A DNA stretch of 64,000 bases from NCBI GenBank assembly GCA_002104905.1, contig MCFE01000264.1:1-64000 (forward strand), written 5' to 3'. Position numbers and translations under genes: made by a program. Every line of letters begins with the position of its first letter. Position 1 is the first letter of the stretch. The notes below the pieces were generated by a model. It ran no database searches and had not been told where the DNA came from. It worked only from the letters and a program-made list of their open reading frames with translations. This document shows positions 1-14,336 of this stretch, one piece after another. Source of the stretch: Basidiobolus meristosporus CBS 931.73. Its lineage: Eukaryota > Fungi > Basidiobolomycota.

Positions 1-1665
1 TGCTTTTTACCTATCAGTTCATGAAGAAAGAAAACACAGAATCTTTATTGACCTGAAGCAAGCATATGATAGGGTAGTGATCCCAATACTCCTGAAGAAG
101 CTAAAGAACCAGAATGTATCCAGTCAGCTTCTTAGGATTGTACACTCACTCTTCTCAGCCTGCTATTCCACCATTAGTGTTAATGGTGTGATATCATCTC
201 CATTTCCCAGGCTCAGGGGGCTATTCCAGGGATCTTTGCTTTCACCAATCCTGTTCAATGTCTACATTGATGACCTGGCCCAAAGTCTCTGCTTCAATGA
301 CTCAGGAGCTGCTGTGCCCTCTGCACTGTTATTTGCTGATGACATCCAATTGCTGCCTAGGAGTCTCTCCAAAGCTAATTGTTTGCTGAGTAAAGCAGCC
401 AATGGTATGCTGCCAATGGTATGGAGGTAAACACTGCTAAATCAGCATACATTGGTCCCACACCAGAGTGGAATATTTCCTTTAATAACTCCCTTCTGCC
501 TCAAGCTTCCTCTTACAGCTACCTTGGACTCCCAACTTGTCAAAGTGGTATTTCTTGGGCAGCTTACACTGAAAAGTGTATTCAAAGGGCTTCTGCCACT
601 TTGAGATTCCTACAGCTCAAAGGGGCCAGATGGCATCCTCTGATTAGGCTACAGCTATTCAAGGCCTTTGTGAGGTCATCTTGGGAGTATGCTGCTCCTA
701 TGATGTGTTTGGCTGCTGATCCTGACCTCATGGCCAAGCTACAAGCTCTGCAGCAAGAAGCTATTGGCTGGGTAGTCAATGCTTCTGACTACCATTCTAG
801 GCAATATCAGAGGCTTATACATAGTCTGACTGGTATTGATGCTGTGCCAATCAGATTTGAGACTTTAGGTATCAGATTTGGGCAGCACTATGCAAAAGCA
901 TCATTGAATAATCCTTTGAAGATCTTAGTCAATAAGATTACTAATAACTTAGTCCAAGCCACCCCAAAGTCATTGGTGAGAAAGAAGATACACTTTCCTG
1001 ATGGTTATAGAGATTATCTGGCCTCCAACAGTGCCAAGCCACCTAGAGAGCATATTCCTCTCTCTGTAGCAATGCATAAAAGGAAGCTGGAGAATATCTC
1101 CAGAGTTACTAGCTCAAGAGACAGAGTTGGACTTATTTCTCATGAGAGTAGACATTCCCATAGTGGAGCAGACATATCCCTTTACATCAGGAGTTCCTTC
1201 TTTGCCTTCCAGGCCATAAGGTGGAGAATGAACACACTTTGCTTGGGTTCCAAGTGCCCCTACTGTAGCAGGTATTTTTACTTCTCTCATGTAGAGAGCT
1301 GCTTTGGGTTCAAAGATACCCAATCTTTGTTCCAATTTCACAAACAAAGGGAGCTCATCCAGAGACTTTCTGCTATCATATCTGCAATTAGACCTGAGCT
1401 TCTGCCTTCCTGTGAGATCCCTGCCTTTCAGGAAGTGGTAGTATAGCTCTACACTTTCCCTTAGTGCTTTGCTTTCAAATAACTCCCAGCTTTACTTCAT
1501 TTTCTAGCCTGATTTGTTGACAAATTTCTTTTCAGAACTCAACTCAACTTGAGCAGTATTTTACCTTCACATTACTATAGATATATCTTCTTTATACAAT
1601 ATGCACTTTTCAACTTGAATCAAGTTGAAATAGTATTACTATACTTGATCAGATTCAATAAAAGA
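1..1665 (+). mobile_element. Non-LTR retrotransposon (LINE), 3' part: RT domain plus C-terminal zinc knuckle, one frameshift, truncated by window edge
   Basis: Frame open from base 2: FIDLKQAYDRV, RGLFQGSLLSPILFNVYIDDL and LLFADD (RT motifs). A 1-nt frameshift near 400 joins ORF 77-430 to ORF 421-1446, which ends in CPYCSRYFYFSHVESC (CX2CX7HX3C). The 3' UTR has AATAAA at 1657-1662. Confidence 0.92.
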
Positions 1666-1673
1666 ATTTAGAC

Positions 1674-1733
1674 CCCTAACCCTAACCCTAAGTGACTTTC
1701 CTCCCCCCTAGCCCTAATCCCTCCCCTAACCCA
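1674..1733. repeat. Short telomere-like (CCCTAA)3 tract with degenerate continuation
   Basis: Three perfect CCCTAA units at 1674-1691, then CCCTAG/CCCTAAT/CCCTAAC variants. Two more units at 2130-2141. Confidence 0.75.
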
Positions 1734-1744
1734 CACTACACCTG

Positions 1745-2110
1745 GCTCCTGCTGGAGAACTATACTTGGAGATCCTGAAGTCAAGAAGTTTGCTCATTAT
1801 ATTCTGCAGTCAGAGAGGCCCAAGCTGGCCTACTTGAAGTACTTGACAGACCTTTGGCAGCAATATCTGAAGCAGCACACTCCCTTCATGATGAATATCA
1901 ATCCTTATCATATTCCCCTCATTAATGTTGTTCACAAATCATTCTTACCCCTCTTGCTACCCCCCTTCCCACTGAACAGTGTCTTGAGCACTGAAGAACT
2001 ATCATCACTTCTTGTAAACTTGCCTACAAATTCCCCTTAGCTACACACTCTTGTATCAAAGCTACAACAGTAGCGCTGGCTTCTTTGTTTCAACTGAAAT
2101 AAAGATTTCA
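1745..2110 (+). mobile_element. Second, fragmentary LINE-like piece
   Basis: Same CpG-free composition as the first element. ORF 1834-2040 ends LSTEELSSLLVNLPTNSP, resembling the T-x-E-E-L...L-P motif that precedes LINE RT domains. AATAAA at 2098-2103. Confidence 0.5.
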
Positions 2111-3676
2111 CCTGTTGGTGACTGCCTCCCCCTAACCCTAACCAAACCAGCTATGCATTCCAGAGCATCAAATGTAAGGATTAGACAGGTTCAATAACTG
2201 TTTAAATAAATCAAGGTGCTTTGAAATGTACGTAGCATCATTTGCTTTTTGCTTGAGAAGTTGGTACCCAAATTCTTGCTAGTTATAATATTGCTGAATC
2301 TGGATTGAAAGCATAAAGCCGCATGTGGGCTATATGCCTCATTTTAGCAGGATTCTGAATTCATGTTGCATATTCATAGTTTAGAAAGTAAACTTTCCTA
2401 CTTCTCCCAATATGTTGCAGAAATCTCTTTGTATTGACTGGGCTCTAATATTCAAAAAATCAGAAAAAGTCCATCATTACTTTCCCCAAAGCCACTGAGA
2501 AGAGAAGTCAATTTAAATTCGCACATTGTAAGCCACATCAACATGAGTTGTTTGGTAGCTAACTTTAATATAGTATTATTGCCCATCTTTTAATATCTAC
2601 CTTAGACTACATGTATTCAGTAATATACTACTACTGTAGGCTTTAATTGATTGCAGTCGAAACAGAGAGGAGGCATAGGGCCTTGGAGCTGAAAACTATG
2701 GTTGTTCTAGAACGAAATATGCTACCGAATAGATATGCTGAGCTTTGGCGTATGCTTATTCACGGCCTTTCAGGTTTCCTGGGGCACTTTCTGTGTAAAA
2801 TAATGGCGCTTTCCTATTATGTCTCGATAAGCCAGGATATATCACAGTGCGAGGATACTACAACTCTTTAACTGAAGTATATTCTGGTTGTATTGTGTGG
2901 CACACCTATCTATTTCTTGTTCATATAAAGTACATTTAGTATTACTTCATGCCCCCACTTCCAAGATAATATTGACGACATTGAAACAGCTTTACCACAC
3001 TGAACTTTTATCGAGTGATATTATAAATGGCACTGTACATCATTATTACCGGCATATTTGGTTAGCCTAAGCTACTCTTATGTATTTTTTAAACCTCATA
3101 AGTTGCCATTCCTTACTAAAAGCCTCAAATACGGGATCCAAACCCTCTATTTATGAAGTTAATCCTACACCAACCTAATATTTCCTCGGCACACTGTTTG
3201 TGAGGGAAAATAAGGTGCAACAATATGAATCGCCATTGATTACAACAATTTCCAAAACAATTATTATGATCATTATGCCTCTTCTGTAGTGATTTCTAAA
3301 TGTCTTGGGATAAGGCTTTTGCGTACAGTCCTAGGCTTAAGAGTATTTTACCAGCGGTAATGAACCTTGAGTTGCTCAGACAACACTATACCATAATCAA
3401 GAATCTAGATCTTAGAGCTGATTGTGAGCTTTGGGGGGGGGGCTTATGCTCATATCATCAGCTATCAGTTAGAAATAAACAATAGTTGGCTGACATCCAA
3501 GATCATTCAGTTGCTGTGCCCCATACCTGATGTATAAAACAATAATATAATGTTATTGGTTGCAATTGAAGTGCATGTACAAATGCTTTTTTAGGAGAAT
3601 ACCCAACGGTCTAAATTCCGCAAAATAAAGTATTGCGCTTCCAAGCTGATTTATTTATGTTTACAACCTGAGAAAG

Positions 3677-4855
3677 CTAATCGAAAACAATTACAGCCCG
3701 GAATCTGGGTTTACCACTCATCATATCGTCATACGCTTGCTTAGCTTGATCAATAGTGTACGTTTGTACTAAAGGTTTAGTATTTGTCAAGGAAGAGAAT
3801 TTCAATGCCTCTTCAGTGTCCTATAAAGAATATTAATGTTCGATACTATTAAAGATTATGTACTAATAGAATGCACTAACCGTTTGAGTTCCGCTGGGCC
3901 ATCCTCTGACTTGAGCCCTCTTCATAATCAAATCCACTGAATTCACTTGTAGAGGCTCAGGCAACATTGAAACTACTAGCAGGGTTCCGTCAAACGCTAA
4001 TCCTTGGATAAGCTTGGATACATCGCCACCAGGTGCAGTGACAACAATCAACTTCGCGCCACCTAGTTTGTTGAGCTCTTCCACGGCATCATGTTTGGAC
4101 TGGTCGATGTACGAATGAGCACCCAACTCAACCGCGAGGTCTTTCTTCGTTGCCGAGCTTGAAAGCGCCACAGTATGGTAACCAAATTTGTTTGCGTATT
4201 GAATAGCAAGATGACCCAAGCCACCAATCCCGACAACAGCACAAACATCGCCAGGTCGGACATTGTTCATATGTCTCATGGAGTTATAAACAGTAATTCC
4301 AGCACACATCAAGGGAGCTGCTTCAGCGGAGCTCAGTTCTTCAGGAATTCTACATAGTGCACTTTGTCTGGCAACCATATATTGGGCATATCCGCCATCT
4401 TGTCTAACGCCGGTAACCCAATGTTGTTCGCAATCAATAAACGCACCACGGCGGCAGGCTTCACAGTTACCACAGTACCCCGCGCTCCATCCTACACCAA
4501 CTCTCATTCCTTCTTTGTAAAGAGATGAAACCTGGGAGGAACTTTAGCAATTATCGATATGAAATAGGAGAAAAAGGAAGGTACATTATCACCCATCTTT
4601 TGGATTTTGCCAATAACTTCATGTCCAGGAATGGTAGGGTAATTGATTCCAGGTATAGCATTATATTGAAGTACACAATCACTAGAACAATTTAGTAAGG
4701 ATCGTAGGTGGGCTTAGCAGAGATACTTACGAATGGCACACACCACAGGCTTCAACTTTAATTAACACTTCTCCTGGGCCTGGTTTCGGGATTGGCTTTT
4801 CAACAACCTCCAGGTCGCTGTTGGGCTTGTTAAAGACGGCACACTTCATAGACAT
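3677..4855 (-). CDS. Zinc-dependent medium-chain alcohol dehydrogenase (CAD-like/AdhP-type), 4 exons
   Basis: Spliced product MSMKCAVF..EACGVCHSD..PGHEVIG..GVGWSAGYCGNCEACRRG..DC (structural Zn), GIGGLGH (Rossmann), ending MMSGKPRFRAVIVFD*. GT-AG introns near 4685-4729, 4535-4583 and 3830-3882. An in-frame ATG at 4888 is possible but lies next to the TATA-like element. Confidence 0.93.
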
Positions 4856-4890
4856 TTTGGGATTATCGTCAAGGATGGGCGAGGGCATGG

Positions 4891-4898
4891 TATAAATA
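4891..4898 (-). promoter_or_regulatory. TATA-like element (TATTTATA on minus strand) of the ADH gene
   Basis: About 35 nt upstream of the ATG at 4855. A similar element lies at 29111-29118 upstream of hexokinase. Confidence 0.4.
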
Positions 4899-6243
4899 CA
4901 GAAGTCCGCAGCCTCTGAGACCGGTATTGGTTACGTATACATGGCTCTGGGGATATTCTAGACATCGTCCTATCTGTGGTCATGCTTAATAATTACGACG
5001 TTTTCGAAAGTAGCAGATTGGGAGAAATACAATACCGCGCACCAACTGATTGCGTTGTGAAGTACCATAACGCATAATGATCGCTATTAAGCCGTATGGG
5101 CCCAGCTAATCAGTACCCAATAGGCCGTTCAGATCCCGAGAAAGTCAGTTTTGAAATCTACCCACGATGAGGATCAGATCAGTCGATTTCTGAGTCCATC
5201 AAGAGAATACCCTCGCATTAGCTAAGCCCCAGTTAGTTACATCAGCGATGTCTATTGGCTATGAAGAAACCCATGTCGAGGTATTTATTCTCTTGGATTA
5301 TATATTTAAAATAGCTGACTGGTTTAGAATTTTCACGGTGCCAGATGTGTGGCATATTTGGTTAATTTCCATGACCCTTATCATGTAAGTCATATGATCG
5401 ATCTACGGAGCCTACGTCTACTACGTGATTTGCACATGCAAGTAGAGGGTGATGACTATTTCCAAAAACAGCCTTTTCTATGTAGATTACCTCACGGACT
5501 GGTTGGCGGAGGCTCTATTTTTGGATGCATCTTCATATAGCTGGAATAGCATTGCTGAGATCTCAACCAAGTGCCACTCATTTGCAAATCTACACAAAGA
5601 TTAGTTTGATGTTCGCTACAAAAAAAAGATGTAGGTAATAAAGCTGAATGGGTCACATTTGGCCTTTACCAAAGGTGATCAACCAAGAATGTTGATTTGG
5701 GGTTCTAAGGACATTATATAGACAAAAGACATGGTTTCTTATACTTGTAAACCTTATGTGCCATGGTTCTGTCACAATTAAAATGGCACATGTGCAGCAA
5801 GACCTTATAGGCCAGATACATAGCGCTGCCATGCCCTTGCCAACGGCATTTCACTGGTTGCTCTTGATGTCGCCATATTCTGTTTATTCTATTGCGGTGG
5901 AAAGATACTCAACTTTTGCTAATCATCATAAAGCTTGGCCACACGAAGTTACACAGCTGTTACTTGAATTATGATGTCAATTCGCCGGGGAACTACGAAA
6001 ATCCTGGAGAGCAATAATGCCCATGTAAGGGAATTACATGCTGGACTTGAAGTATCCTCTCTGTAATTTCCATTACAAGCCCATATCATAATCGCCTTGG
6101 GGAACTCGAATAAACATAGAATGTGATAAGCTTTCCTCTGAATACCCAATTATATACGAAAGTCAATCCACGAGTGCTCAAGGTTCTAAGCAATTAGACA
6201 TATCGACAATTCAAATCTACAATCCAAAACACCAGCGAATTTG

Positions 6244-6251
6244 TATAAAAG
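6244..6251 (+). promoter_or_regulatory. TATA box (TATAAAAG) of the PhoD gene
   Basis: Canonical motif about 45 nt upstream of the ATG at 6294. Confidence 0.5.
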
Positions 6252-6293
6252 TTCTGACCATCAGTTGATACCTATTGTCAAAGACTCCGCAAC

Positions 6294-8659
6294 ATGATTT
6301 TCAAAGCTTTTGCGCACATCATACCGCTATCTTTAGGAGCCTCTGTGGTAACTGGAACCTTGTACGATGGTCTCAATGACAACATCAACTACAGGTCTCC
6401 GTTTGAAAATCTGGTAGAACACGGCCATTCTTTAGACCGTATCCATGGCATCTTGAGCAAGAGATCTGCTTTGGGCAACCCCTCATTTGCATTTACCCAC
6501 AATGTTGCCAGTGGTGATCCGTAAGTGATCTGCGACCCACCAATCATGCATTTTGCTAAGAGGTGTTTAAAACGTAGCTACCATGACTCTGTTATCCTCT
6601 GGACTCGAGCTGAACCAGTCGAAGAAAAACTAGGTTCTGTTTGCGTCAAATACTTGGTTTCCAAAGACGAGGATTTCAAAACAATTGTGGCTCGAGGAAA
6701 AGCCATCACCACCGCTGATGTTGATTGGACTGTCAAGGTATGATACTAGCATCCAATACCTGGTTGACTGGAAAACCAGATCTGGTAACAAGCATACTAA
6801 CCTCTATGCGCCAGGTTGAAGCTAGAGGCTTGAAACCCCTTACAAACTATTACTACAAGTTCCACTCTTGCTAGTTAGTAGCATTGTTTCCGATCGCTGC
6901 AAATTCAATCCCATAACCTTATGATTGGTATGTGCTATATAGCGACAAGAAGGCTGAATCCCCAGTTGGCCGCACGAAGACAATGCCAAGACCAGATCAA
7001 AAAATAGACAAATCGCTACGTTTCGCAGTATACTCTTGCTCCAATTATCCATTCGGCTATTTCAATGTAAGCTGTTACGCTCTATCCCAAGTACCTGAAG
7101 ACTAACATCCACTGCTAGGCGTACGGAATCCCAGCTCGTACTGATAGTATGGACTATATAATTCATCTGGGGGATTGTAAGTGACAAGGGAAGCAAACCC
7201 TATATCGAACGGCGTGCCCAGTAACCTTCTTTTATACGCTAGACATCTATGAATATGCTGGCAATGGAGACTACGGTGATGGTGCTAAGATAGGGCGCAT
7301 TCCCAAGCCGGAGAAAGTGATTACTAGTCTGGATGACTATCGTCTTCGATATGCAACCTATAGGGCGGATCCAGACCTAGCACTAGCCCATCAGAAATTC
7401 CCATGGATAGTTATCTGGGACGATCATGAAGTAGCTGACAATACATGGAAGAAGGGCTCAGCGAACCAGAATGATACCCTCCTGGGGGTATGGTTTGACA
7501 AACGCAAGAGTAGCGCTGAACAAGCTTGTATGGCTGACCAATTCTACTACTCCCTTGCTATGTTTGTAATCGTTTTTATTCGCAGATTTCGAGTGGATGC
7601 CAATCCGACAGGTTAATCGAAATGATCAGCGCCAAATTTTCAGGACATTCCAGATAGGAGACATGGCTGACCTGATCATGCTGGATACTAGAAACTACGA
7701 AAGAGATATAACTGACATGTATTACAATACCAAATGGATTGAAGCCATTGCTGAGGATCCAACTCGTAGTGTAAGCCTCGGTATCTGACATTGTACACTA
7801 GCACACCAATAACCCTTGCAATTACTTTAGCTGATGGGGCACCATCAAGAACAGTGGTTTTATCGAGAACTTTACAAGTCGAAGCGTAGAAACGCACACT
7901 GGAGATTGATCGGTCAGCAAGTAGAATTCAACCGACTTGACTACTCAGCAGCTATAGCTGGTAAAATCATGAACTCCGATGCATGGGATGGCTACAGAGC
8001 TGCTCGTTGGAGATTTTTTGATTTCATAAAGAACCATGATATTCAGAACAACATCGTTCTGGCAGGTAAAATCCCCATTCCGAACGAACCATTCAATAGT
8101 TCGCTGACTCTTTGGTGCCTTCGATTATTAGGAGATGTGCACAGCAATTGGGCCTGGGATTTGGTGGATGAGCGGAATTTCAAAAAGTTTGTCTCCTGTC
8201 ATGACTGTTTGTTTGGTCAGTGTCCTCACTAATCCGAATGTGCTCTAAAAAATAGATATGATATCAAAACCGGAGAAGGCGCTTGGGGTGCGGCATTTAC
8301 TGGCACCGCTGTAACTAGCCCTAGCCCATATCGCTCACAAAATTCCACCACCAGGGGTAAACTTGAAAAGACTCTTGTTGCCTCTAACCCTGCTCTCAAG
8401 TGGGTGGAGTCTACGTATCGTGGATATTATACTCTGACACTGGATTATGATGCTATTCAGGTAGGTTGCAAATCACATCACAGCCTTATTACGCCATGCT
8501 CATGAAGGTTCGTTTTGGAAATAGGCTGTCTACTGGGGAGTCGAGGAGATTACTACTCGCAACGATAAACAGATACAGTTGGCCCAATTTAAGATCAACC
8601 ACGGTGAAAACCATTTGTCTCGCCCATTTAATGTTACTGCTGGTGGAGTTGAGAACTGA
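6294..8659 (+). CDS. phoD: Secreted PhoD-family alkaline phosphatase, about 11 short introns
   Basis: Signal-peptide-like N-terminus. Spliced motifs FTHNVASGDP-YHDSVILWTR, FAVYSCSNYPFGYFNAY, HLGDYIYEY, WDDHEVADN, LDTRNY, DAWDGY, GDVHSNW, TAVTSP. Last exon AVYWGVEE..SRPFNVTAGGVEN*. Confidence 0.93.
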
Positions 8660-9166
8660 TGACCCGCTCCAGACCACATCTTTCAATAATCCAAGTCTTA
8701 GTCACGCATTTTAGACTTCCCTCTTCGTAACACAGACAGACGTATCTATTCAATAAACTCTCCAAAGGTATCACAATCTATATGAGCAAGGGAGCCAACG
8801 AAGCTCTACCTTTAGCCAATCACTGCGCAGCATCACCAATGCCACGGTGCAACCAACGCAATACTGAGAGTTCGTGAAAAGAAACATGAACAGATCAGTG
8901 CCTATTAGTGTATGATGAATCAACGACGCGCTTCTGCCCACTAGCAAGATGAAATATTTAGCGGGATTGTGTAATCTAGGTGTTACAATCCAAAACCGTG
9001 CATAAGCTTCACAAACAAGTTGGCCAATCTTTCGCAAGTCGTCACGGTTAGACATCAAATTACTATCGGGAGAGCTTACTCTAGCGCAATTGATTTCCTG
9101 TTTATTGCTTGCTAAATATTAATCATTATACAGCCTAAATACCATGCAGTTATTGCCGACCGATAA

Positions 9167-11013
<1,847 letters not shown>

Positions 11014-14000
11014 TGTAATGTATCACTGTAGGCTATTACTACACCAATGTAGGGGACTACTGGAGAAGGAAGAAAATGGTGAATGAAAAACCAATTGGAG
11101 GAGTGTCGATGTTGGATATTTATTTTGGCAACTCATCACTAAAAACCCAACGAATAATCCTCGGGTTTACCGGATTTACCCCTCGTTGAGTGATGTTTTC
11201 TTATTTACCCCACTTTTTCTCAGTGTGGGGAAATGACATTCGAAATTAGTTTCGGATTGGGAACATTATATTTATTAGTATTGATTAGCCATTAAGTCTA
11301 TCTGGAGATCTTATTTCCACACCATTCATGTATTGGTGAGCAATAGGTACGCTGGCCAATAAGGGTTATCGGATTTAATTGTCTGAGATTAATGAGAGGC
11401 GAGCATTAGAATATGCTAATGATTTCGCTCCTGTCTGTCTCTAGTAGTTCATGATTTATGAGCACCTCCCCTACCAATGAGCAGCCTCCAATAATGGGAA
11501 TATAGTATGTTCTGTCGAGTCGTCATCAGCTCATGTCGAACAAATGAGTTACAGAACAGGCCAATCATACAAGAACAGTGTGGGGACTAATAATGCCAAG
11601 AACTAATAGTAAAGACACCAGAGGTTATGGCATTAGCCACGCTACTCTCACCGTGCTACACTGATTCCTTGTCTAGAGTCACTCAACTATCGGAGGTATT
11701 AACCCGAGGATGAATGGTACGAGGAATCCAAGATATTAATGCTCGTTATCGTATGGGCGATAAGACCAAAGGTTCCATGATTGTCTGGTGTTTCGATGGG
11801 TACCAGTGAGTCAACCTTTCTTAAGGTTGAGCTGAGCTAGTACCAGTTGATTTCACACTAATAGATCCATTGGACATCTCTCGTATCTCCGAGATACTGT
11901 CGTTTTGAACTTTATTTCTAAGCCAGTCAGCCAAGCCATGCAAGCCTCTATAGAATGAACCCTATATATGTGCACACTACGTGAGAGTACCACTATAGCA
12001 ATCGTTTGTTGTACAAATCAAAAGAAGTACCGCCCTTCCTGATATTTGTGCTCCGAATCTCCATACTTCTCCAACCACAATTTAGTTACCATAGAGCATC
12101 ACACCATATATTGGCTCACAGCAAGCATCTTGTTAAAAATAGTCAGCGGGCGTATTTTTCATAGATTGGAATTCTGTTCACATCAACCCTACTAAGGCTA
12201 GATTCTCGCCAGTTAACACATGGCAAAGTATGATGAGCATAAGCTCCCAAATGATGTAAGACTAATTAGTGGTGAAATCTGGAGAGATGGAGGGGTCCCC
12301 TATGCTTATATTGCTGCCCATACGAAAGGACAAGCGTTGCGCATATTGCGACTGAGTAATTATGATGAACCAGATTTAAAACTAGGTAGGCAAAAGTACA
12401 TACATATATGTACATTGTAGATCATTCAGATTCGATGTTAATCACACTTCCAACATGCACAATTTAACCCTGTTACTATATGCGAATAGTGTAAGTCAGG
12501 CGCTACCTAATCAATTCATCAAGGGTTCCGGCAACCAACTAAAAAGCACATATCATATAGCAACGTTCATTTCATCAGCAATGCATGGCCTTTAGTCCAG
12601 ACTGTCTGATGCATATGGACTACGAATGTATTCCCGCATATGTTGGCCCATATTCTGAATAGAGGCAAGTCCCACTCTATGCAAAAGTTGGGATCAGAGA
12701 AGAACCAGCAGATTCTGTTGGCACCAGCTACAAACAGGGCTACAGCCTAATGCCCTCTATATCAGGTAGCGTTTCGCCTTCAACCGGCCATTAGACTATA
12801 ACCTAATTAAAGGCTCAGAAAACGATATAAAGCATCGATCTGAGTATTTCATTGTGGTAATTCGAGATCCAGATGAGCAAGTGGAGAGACGGCTCCGCCC
12901 TTTCGACTTCCATCTCAGTCATCGTACGGGCCTCCCCATTTCCCCTGTTCCATGTGTGGTGACGATGGCCCTCGTGTATTAATGTCTGCACTAGGTAATT
13001 ACTCATGTAGCTCACAACATAAATGTACCATCGTATTGATGAGTAGATTTGGCTGGGCCACTGGTGTGAAAAGCTGGAGGATCAAAAATAAATATTGGTG
13101 CCACAGGTCCCCATTAGTATTATATTGCCCAGCAAATAGCTGCTTGGTCAACCACGCACATACACGCTCTTCGATCAAATTCAATGCCGTAAGCTAATCA
13201 ACCGTATAATGATCATGAGTAAGGAGTAGAGGATCATTTAACAGACAAGCCCGTATTTGCTATCACCAATATCTATCTCTAACGATTCATATACAGTGTA
13301 TATGTATAACCAGTGGGAAATGGCGCAGGGCATTGTAATCCCTGAGAGGAGCACCGAGAAAATGCGGAATTATACTCACCCTGTCCTCTCAAAAGGCAAC
13401 GAAAAGATTGATTAGGATAACACAGGAGAAAAGCCGGTTTTCAATAGGCCACCTTCTCCCCTTCAAAGCAAATCTTCATGAGTACGTCTTGAGAGCAATA
13501 AACCCAGCTGGATTTACTAAAGCTATTTTAAATTGTTAAGGGTGGTAGCCACTGGAGTGATCAAGCAAGGTGCAAAGCACATATGATCACTGTGATGGCA
13601 TACCGCCTCAAACCGGGTTAGGACTGTGACAACACTTGTCTTGCCGCCGTGGTTTGGGGTTAATGCCATCCAACCCGGGCCCTGATCTGCTCGCCTACGT
13701 TTACAACCTGCTACTAGCACTCATGGTAATTGGGCGATGTAAGTTCTGGGCAGACTGAGCCTGCACAGCTGCTTCAGCCTTGCTTTGTAAGTAAATCAAC
13801 AGTTAGATGGGCACTCTTGGGTCTTGCGACATGCAATGCATGTAATGGTTATCTACAAATCTATAAATATATCAAGAAAAAGTACTCAAAGAGCGAGGGT
13901 GCTACAAAAGATTGATTTAATGTATTTGTGCTACTGAATCAGCAGAAAACACATTCATCCATGATTCTACAAGCGAAAGTGGTGTTCAAGAACGATGCCA

Positions 14001-14336
14001 TGAAACACCGATACCTGCACGCTAGGTTTGCTCAGGTAGCACGTGTATGCACAGTGATATTGTGATGATCCCTAAAGAACTGTGAAGTGAGTTTTTTTTC
14101 AATAGAGAGAATACCGGTTTACGAGGTTACAATCAGTTTTTTTTACAAGCACTCAGCAATCCCCATTCTAACCCGGCAAACACTGACCCTCCCTGTTTTC
14201 TGCTCCCCCTAATATTACCTTTAAATTCAGCAAGCCGACTAATTGTGCGACTTAGTCTACACATCCACAATTTAACTTTTCTTTAACTTTAAACCCTCTA
14301 ATAACTTAAAGCTCCTCCAAGTGAAACGTATTTAAA

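Noticed and set aside
5346-5400. ATG TGT GGC ATA TTT GGT (MCGIFG), the N-terminal motif of Ntn glutamine amidotransferases
   Set aside because: A stop follows immediately, and I find no downstream amidotransferase motifs in any frame.
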